Assembly (NCBI GenBank): GCA_964200075.2
Contig: CAXNAA020000018.1
Location: 1 to 36,301 of the forward strand
DNA length: 36,301 nucleotides
From: Sphacelaria rigidula
Lineage: Eukaryota
Reading direction: 5' to 3'
Shown here in pieces: positions 24,701-33,700 of the stretch. A model generated the notes under the pieces. It was not told the origin of the DNA. It did not search any database and was given only the letters and a program-made list of their open reading frames with translations. Position 1 is the stretch's first letter. Each line of letters starts with the position of its first letter. A program made the position numbers and the translations under genes.

Positions 24701-27700
24701 ATGCCTTGGAGTGACATCATCACATTCCGGGGAGAAAGCGTGACCTACCGTTTCCAGGCAGAGAGTGATGGGGAGCGTACAGGCGGAAGTTCTCTCATGG
24801 GCGATTCCGGAGCCGATGACTGGGGTTTCCGTTTCACGGTGAGGCAGATCACAAGTACCCTGTCGTGCCAACACTTATTTCACGCCCAAGTTGATTGACC
24901 CCCCTGCCCCCTGTCCCCCACACTCTGTAGCCTAGCCCAGCTGCGGTAAACCGTTGTACCCCGAGGTGTCGTATGCATACAGCTACTGTTTCGCTCACTG
25001 GTGCAAGAAACGCATGTGATGGACTGCCAGGCACAACACGAGGATCAAAGGACACCTCTACTAGTGCCTCACATGAACCCCTCAGTTACAAATGTCATGT
25101 TTTGTCGTCAGCTTCGCGGTAATTAAGTTACCGTTGACCTTTTGAAACTGGCGCACCTTCTTCGGGAATCTAGTTCAAGGTTTCGTTTTTGAGCGATTCC
25201 GTTGCCTCTGTAGTCATCGGATGAACTTTCTGTCGCTGACGCGCGTATACTGCATACTACCAAACAGATCAAGAGTTGACACCAAATTATCTTCTTGTCA
25301 TCTGCAATTTCGGGCGGCAACGGTTTCGTCGATGCTGTTTGATATAAACATCAACAGTGAATTTTGCAGCCCTTGACAGAATACACAGACCCCAAGCGTA
25401 GTCATACACATACGTACAAGCTTGAGAATGTTTCACATTGAGAGAGGGGATTTCGTTCGGGGTAGACGAGGTATGAGAAAGAGGGAGACGAGCGCTCGTT
25501 GAGGACAAGCACCGGTAGCCACGCAATCAAGGTGGCAATGGGGGTATATTATGAGTGCCGAAAAATGAGTGCTATGGTGGAACTTCATGTACCCCCTCCA
25601 TGTTACTTACACCAAAGGCGTGCCTTGCATCATTCTGTCAGCATCGTACACATAAGATGGATATGGATCAGCTGTTCAGATATTGGATTTTTTTCACAGA
25701 TCTTGTTTTCTAACCCGTGCTCTCCCCTTGCCCACCCCTCCACCCGTTCCGTGCAGGTTGTGGCGAAGGGACCAGTGTGGGAGGCCGTCACCCTTGAGGG
25801 GGATTTTTGTTCTATCAGGGAGACGGACGAGTTCGTGGCGAGGGTACCCGGTGCCCTGAGTCTTTTAGTGGAGCTGAATCAGGTGAGATGTGGACAAGGT
25901 TCCAAGAGTTGTCGAGTTCTACGCACAATTTGTACCGAGAATTACAAAATCAAAAACACCAAAGTTCCACCCGTGCATGGGGGTGAAGTGCAAGGTAATA
26001 TTTGGGGAGAAATATGTCACGAGTGGATAGCTATCTGTAGTATCGCCTACGCACGTGCCAGTCCGTGTCTGTTGTGTGGTACCTTTACCGCGATGTGGGT
26101 AGTCAAGATGATCGAGGATGGTGTTGTGTTCCGAAGTAATTCTGCGGTCGGTGGCCAAAACATTGTCTTCCAGGCGTTAGCTTGTAGTAAGTACTGCACG
26201 AGCAAGGCACTAGACGCAGCACGCCCTGTCTGGGTAATGTGGTGATATGTTCACTCTGAATGCCCGGTATCTATGCAAACGTCGTTTCAGGGCGCACAGC
26301 GGTGCCATGTTGACATATATCAGTAGCACGCACGGGCAGCGAACTGTTAATCTGCTCTTTGTCATTTTCAAGTATGGAACGTGGCAAAGGTGGGTAAGGT
26401 TCAACTCTGCAAGTACTAGTTGTAACGGTGTGCGCGTGCGTTGATGTCATCCTCGCCCTCCGTTTGACCAAGAGCCATGACTTGCCGCGTGAGTGCGACA
26501 TCGAAGTCAAGGGGTTCACGGCAGAGGGCGACATGGTGGACCGGGGAACCCTAGCAATAAAGACGCCTGTGAGACCTGTCTACGTTCGCGGAGATAGGGT
26601 GAAGCTTGTGCCATTGCGGAAACACTCTCAGCAAGTAGATACCGCAGCGGACAAGAAGGAGGGGGGAGGGAGTAGAGGTACTGACTTCACCCTTTCAAGC
26701 AAGCAGGAAGATTCCGGAGCAGCGACAAGTGATGCACTCCACATCAACGTGCCAGACGAACCCGGGTCAACTTCAGACACTGACGCAATGCCGGATGCCG
26801 ACGCTAAGCTGGAAAGGCTTCCATCGAACACGCCGGTGCTACGGCCTTGGGGAGAGGCGACGGGAGTCGAGCGACGTTGGCGATCTCCAGCAGATGAAAC
26901 TTTCGACATGGAGAGAATGACGCTAGCTGGCGCTTCGTACATGAGCAACGCGGCGACAGTAGAAGTGGGCGATAGTGACGCGGAGAGCAAGGACGGCAGC
27001 ACCAACAGCGCGGTAAGCAGCGGAGGAGAACGTCGAACATGGACACGCAATTCGACCCTGAGCGACGTCATTGCTTCGGGTCTCCCCCTGCTCTCGGCTA
27101 TGAGCAGTGATTGCTCCGAAGTAAACCGCGGAAGCACAACTGGATTGTCGGCGCTGCATGGCACAAGTATCAGTCGCGTGGAGGACAGTGTGCACAGGGT
27201 TGCTCCCGTCGAAGGCCTCGTCTGGCGCGGAGGTGATGGTGGAGAATTTGGAGAGGTTACTGAGACGAGAATGAGCAGGGGTAGTGAGGGTGGTGGCGAC
27301 TTGACTGTGGACGACGCCCGTAGCGAACGCGCTTCCACCAGTTCGTCAAGACCCCGAGCGTGTGCAGGGGCCAAAGATGCCACAGACGACTTGCTAAGAG
27401 TCGAGCACGGCGGCGCAGAGGAAGAATCCAAGGCGCCCTCAAGTTCAAAATCAAGCTCAAAGTGGATGGTTCGCGTTCGCGCTGCTGCCATGCCGCGGAA
27501 GGCGCGCCTGCGATTGTATTTGGAACGGCAAAAGTCGCTTGTGTCCCCAGGGCCCTCTCTTGAAAAGGCCAGAGAATGGATGATGGCGTGGACACCGGAG
27601 ATGGACGTAAGCCTGTTGCATCTCCTAGGGACCAATGGAACCAAAGCGGTGAGCTGCACCATCTATATCAAACACAATATATGCATAGCAGAGCAAGTTT

Positions 27701-30700
27701 GATTGTCACGAGTCAGGCACAAGCGGTTTGAACCAGAAGGTATGGTGTATCGGTAGTCAGAAGGTAATGATGACGCACATGTTCGTGTCACATGGTTTTT
27801 CAAGACGCATGCTGCCACCGTGTTTCCCTGCCGTGTACTTGGACAGACTGAGGAATCGTGCGCAGAGCGCGGGACAAACGTACTCAACCCATGGTGCTGC
27901 AGATTGACTCGTGCGGAGGCGAGGTTCCAGCTACAGCTGTTGGCAGCAGTTCCTGCACAATCGTTGCACATCAGAGCTGCTCTACTGCTGCGCCTGAATG
28001 ATCGGATAGAGGTGGGCCAGAGTATGATGCAAATTGAAGCAGATCCCCACGGCATTTCGTCTACATAGTATTACTACTACGGGGGCACATGGTTAACGAT
28101 CCGACAAGCAAGTTGCACACGACCGTGTGTGTGAGACCGAGTTGTTGTATTATTATTTTTTTACAGCTCGCCATGTGCATTTGTTTCGCCTGTTGATTTC
28201 GAATTTCAGGTTTTTCGTTTGGTATCCCTACCTGCTTGTCCGCACACCCAACACAGCACAACACAGCATCCCCGGATACAGTACAGCCAGTGTGCTGCCA
28301 ACGACAATGATCTGCCAACACACGGCCATCGAAACTTTGGTTACACCTATGCAGTTTACAAGTGTATGAAAACACCGTCCCTCAGCATCCTGCTGCTGTG
28401 CTGGAAATTCCATGGGCTTTTCGTATTCTCGCGAAAATCGAATGTAGCATTATTTTTTTGTTCGTGTTTACAATGCGTGTACTGTGCTGTTCGGTACTGC
28501 TAATAGTGCCTACTGAGTGCGGAACTTTTTCGCTTAGTCTAGGCGGGAAAAATCCGCAAACGTGCGCTCGGTGCTGCTGCCGCCCCGCTGCTTGTGCAGC
28601 ATGGTCGTGGCTCAGGTGTGGGGTGCGGTCATCCATGAGACCTATATACGTCGGCCACATCGATCAGGCAGTCGCCGTGTCCAAGCAATTTTTTGGATGA
28701 AGCGTATGGTGCCACTTGCTTGTAGCTCGCCTCCTCATCAGTCCTGCACTCAATCTACTTAATCAAGTTTTTCACGTCAAAAACGTGCTGGGCTACTGAA
28801 TCAACCATTGACTATCGCACATTGACATTGACTGATCCGCCACGACTCCAGCGCTGCTTACAAGATAGATGTACTCTAGGTATAGAAGCAGAAACTATCA
28901 CGAAGGAGACCCGAGGGCACGGATGAACAAAAAGAGAGAACCTAAACAAAATGAAGTGAAGAAGAAAGGGAAGGGAAGGAATGGGAGGAAGAGAAACAAG
29001 GTAGAGTGAACGGCAGGCTAACATGTGGACGATGTCATACACGAATACTACCGGTCCCGAGAAAAACGCGACACCCCATTGCCACACGGCATGACGAAAG
29101 GAAACCGTACAAGGAAGAAAAAGGAGAACATGAGGTAAAAAAAGGAAACAACGATGGAAACTCAGAAGCACATCAGAACATGAATAGGTAAAACGCTAGG
29201 GGAATATCGCTCAAGTTTAAGACAAGGAAAGGAGGTCCCCCCAGTGTTTCCAAGGCCGGCCAGACCCCTTGGGCTCTTGTGCGGGCAACCTTTCGAACAT
29301 GAGACGTTGCGAGACACGTGTTTCATCCTGTCGGACTGTCGGATACGGGCCCGGCGAAATAAAGTTGACGCTTGCTGTTGGTTGCCGTTGGTCGTCTCGA
29401 TACGTTCGCATCTCTTCATTTCGAGCACAGCGCTGGTTCAGTCTTGTGTCCACCGCCATCTGTAGGCTGAATCCAGCTGCTCACATCAAAAGCTCGAGGT
29501 GTGCAGTGCGCAGGCTCTCGTCCTCTGGCCGCAGCATCGATGTGCAGTAGCCATGTAACCATGTAGCACATTCGTGCACCGTATACTTCAACCACCTCCG
29601 CTTTGAGCAACGGAGTTTGCATCGAAAACCGGGCGTTGGACCGATCCTGTAGTTGAACTAGGAACTATACTTTCGGAGGGGTACCCACGCAGCAGCGCTG
29701 ACTCAGCGTTTCATTTCGATAAAAATATCCGCGTCTGCGATCACACCACGAACAGGGTGGACAAAGTCGACCATCTGCCTGTACCGTTGGCCTACCGCCT
29801 TGATGTGTGCGATCTCTGGGAAGCTGGGTACTGCCCACAGGCGCATAGCCTCTGTCTTGTTCTCCGATACCATCAATCGGAACTTGTGACGTGCCAATGC
29901 TCTCACTGCCATCATTCTAGCAAACCCACCTGAGGACCTCAAGACTATGCCGGCGTCCTCCACGTATAACATTCGCCACTCCGCGCGCCGCACCCTCTCC
30001 AGAGGCGTCTCTGCCCCAAAGCGTTGTTCTCTTGGCTGTAAGTGAGGATGAATCGCCTGAAGTGGCATCATGTGGACCGCATTTTTCAGATATTTTACTC
30101 TTCTTTAGTGCTCAGTTGTTCCCCGTGACACCAGTCGGATCCCCTGACGACCACCCTCACGGGGTTTTTTTTCATATTGGTAGCCCACACGGTTGCGAAG
30201 GCCTCTTCTTACAGGGAGACCGGTATTGGTGCTCAATAGATTTTTCTTCGTTGATCCAATCGGTCCCCGAGATGATTTGGTGGTTTCGTACATCTACGCC
30301 ATAGCCCACAACTACCCACACATGGCGACGATTGATGTCAGGTCTTTTACATAGCGTTGCGACACATTTATTATTATTAGGGCAGCCGGAAGCCTAGCAA
30401 TCGTTGAACCATGGAGTGGACCATGGTCGTCATGCTACTCTCGGCTGTGACGGGTGACGCGGGATCAAGTTGTGACAACCTAGGCACGAACGATGTCACA
30501 ACTTGATCCTCCGTCACCGCATGGAACAGTATGACGATCGTGTTCCACAATGGCTCAACATTTGCTTGGCTGCCTGCTACCCCGAAAATGTGTGTCGCAA
30601 CGCTCGGTAATAGACCTGATTTCAAGCATCGCTGTTTTTTTGGTTATGGCATAGCGGTATGAAAATAGCAAAAATCGTCGTCCGGAGGAAAAATCCACGT

Positions 30701-33700
30701 TCCTGTCAAAAGTTGAAAGGTACATTTGCGAACTATAAAAAGTATTTCGCGTGCTGTTCATCTCGTAAATTTGTTTTTTTTTATTTTCATTGTTATCTCT
30801 CAACCCTTTTTGAACCGTCCCCTCCCATCTCTGGGCCAGTCGCCTCATGAGTGGAGACGCCCATGGTTGCGAAAGGATAATGAAGCAAGCATGTACAACC
30901 AGACGAAATCCGCATACGAAACAGGCACCCCGCTGTGGTCGGATCACTTTTGTCCCATAAGCAGAACACTCCTGGTGACAGCGTGTCCAATCGTACCGAC
31001 GTGAATAAATCGCCAAATGCATTCAAAATCAATCCTCTTTGTTCACATTTCCAGTTCCAACGGTGCCAGTTTCACAGTATAGCACGTCACGTTTCTGTAT
31101 AGCCCCTAGCAGTCATGTCATATTCCATGACACGCCGCAAAGTGGCAAATCCCCTTGCCGTCCTGTATGTACTGTACCGTGATATGCCTGGTAGCAAAGA
31201 CCATCCCAGCAAGCGCCCCACCCTCCAAATAGCCAAGCGTCCCGAGCACGCTCGCTTGCATGCGCTACGGCCTACTTTCACATGTCAATGAGTCGCGAAG
31301 GGCTGTATTTTGGTCTCGCTCTACTCACAGCACCATGAGATAAGTCAAGAGCCAATCTCCGGCTTAGGCCGACTCGTTTGTTTTCGTCCATCAAGTAGAT
31401 GCTGCTCGTGCTACTATTCGTGTCAATATTTACGTAGCAATCACTGCTTGCTGAAAGTGACCCTAGGTTGTGACTACGAGTACAATCCAGTAGTGCTACG
31501 CTACGTATATCGCATAGTCCATGCACATACTGTTAGATGTGTAGCCTGTGGTCTATTGGTAGCCTATTGCATCGCCCGTCGACAGACACAGGAGCCGTCG
31601 ACGGCGTACCCAAAACAAACATAATCTGAAGAACATTGATTCATGTTCGAAATCGTCAGCCTAGGGGAGGTGTCCAGTACCGAAAGGGTTGAACAGATTT
31701 TGAGTATAGTATAGTATAGTATAGTAAAGATGGCCGTCACGGACACGCAAGAAGCCTACGATGGCGTGTTGTCGGATGCTCAAACGAAACATGAGGACCG
31801 CAGCTTGCAGGTGATTTCACAGTACTCGAACAAAGATATGAGGGTGGAGACCGTGAACGAAACAGTCTGAAACCCGATTTGACTCAACTCAACATGATTG
31901 TTTCTTGTCTGCACTTCTGTTCTGGGCGACAAATTCGCGAATGCAGGTAAATAGGGTCCATCGTTTCCCCCTGGTGACGAGCGTCGAGTGCGCTGTGACC
32001 GAGCCGATTATAGATGGTGAAACTTCGTGATAGTTTCGCGCGTATACTGCTGCCTACTGCCCAGCTGCGATGTACCCACAGTGTCCCACCCCTTGTTTTT
32101 CCGCAGCGGGTCCTGCCTGTGATAGATCTTGGCTCGAAACAGGAGGACAGTCTAGGGTGGCAACTGCGGGAGATGAACCATCTGGTCCTCCCACACATCA
32201 AGAACGCAGTCCTGGAGGCTGCTCTTGCCGTCACGCAGGTATTTATCAATATCTAGACAAACGCAAATGAAGTGCTGGCAAGGTCGAGAAACAATCAAGC
32301 AACCTTTCATTGCTGCTCTGCACTTGCACTTGCAAATGTTGCGCCGCTGAACTCACACAGGCTTGTGCATCACGTATGACACCTAACCCTAACCGCTGAT
32401 CGTGTTTGTTACAGGGCCCTGGAGACGGTGTGGCAGTGTCTCTGGATAACGTCAAGTCCATGGTTTCTCGAGATCGAGGGGAAACGGATTTGGTGTCAAG
32501 CCAATGCGTGTTTGCGCAAGCTTATCGGCAGCTACGTGACACGGAGGCAAAGGTGTTGCGCACAGTGTGGGATGGAGAGCGAGTCTTCCAGGTAAGGTTC
32601 GAGGTTTATTTTGTCGGCCTGATTTTAGGGTTGACAGTCCACGTTGCAATCTGTCTCCTACTCGTTTCAGCTTCGGTGTTTTGAGTCGTGAGTAGCCATT
32701 GGCACAACAAGATGAGCGAGACTGTACGCACGAGAGGTCCAGAGCTCTCGCTTAGTATGGGTGACTGTCACATCTGGGGTGCCGTCGAGAGGTGCTCCAT
32801 TTTTTCCCAATACAAAAGAGCTTTGCTTCTTCATGACTTTCTTGTTTTATTCGCAGCTAGCCGCTGGACCTGACCTCCTGCCGACATGATTGCGTACGTG
32901 GTTAATTGTCCTTCCCTGCTCAGATCAATTTCGTGGGTGAAGATGGGGTGGACGCAGGAGGGGTATTCCGAGAGGGAATGTCACGCATGGTGGAAGATCT
33001 CTTCTCGTCAGATTTCGATCTTCTCATTCCATGCCCCAACGGACAGCAGGCTATTGGTCAGGTGAACATTATTGCCTATTTCACGTCGATAATGCGTGTC
33101 GCCGATGTTAATATGACTGGCTCACCGTCGTACGCAATGCCTCTCTTCAATTTGCTCATTTGCACTCTACCTGAAAACATACGCACGTTTTGTTGTGTGT
33201 TGTGCATGTCTGCAGAATAACGAGAAGTACGTGCCGAATCCGCAGCACTCTTCTCCCCTCGCTCTTTCTATGCTGCGCTTCGTTGGGCGCCTGATGGGCT
33301 TGAGCCTGCGCACGCGCCTGTGCCTGCCGTTCCAGCTGCCGGGAATGATCTGGAAGCGAATGTTGGTGAGGAGTGAGAGTATTCACAGAATCGACACCTG
33401 GAACTTGTATACCGTGCATTTGAATGTGAAATCGCTTTCTATGTTCGAGCTCTCCATAGTGCGGGCACGTCGAGGTATTTGTACATGGTAATACATACAT
33501 TTACCCCACTCCGAGTTCCCGGGCAGTTTGGAACTTGTGCAGTGTCCAGTGACTACGGGACGACTTCATTTCTCCTCTTTTTTCCCCCCTGAAGACCGAT
33601 ATGCACAAGCTGAGGACATGAGATTGGTTGATCGATGGTCGCACATTGAGAACACGTGAGAGCAGTTGGATATTGTCGTATAGATACCGGCGACATACGA

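Noticed and set aside
25499..26245. 248-aa plus-strand ORF
   Set aside because: Only 25757-25882 has splice signals and fits the protein; the rest is intron that is open by chance.
26628..27662. 344-aa minus-strand ORF
   Set aside because: Antisense mirror of exon 35, low complexity and Ser-rich, with no independent evidence.
32381..32395. Telomere-like CCCTAA units (also near 11526 and 11986)
   Set aside because: Only one or two units each; the copy at 32381 coincides with the expected CTAAC branch point.
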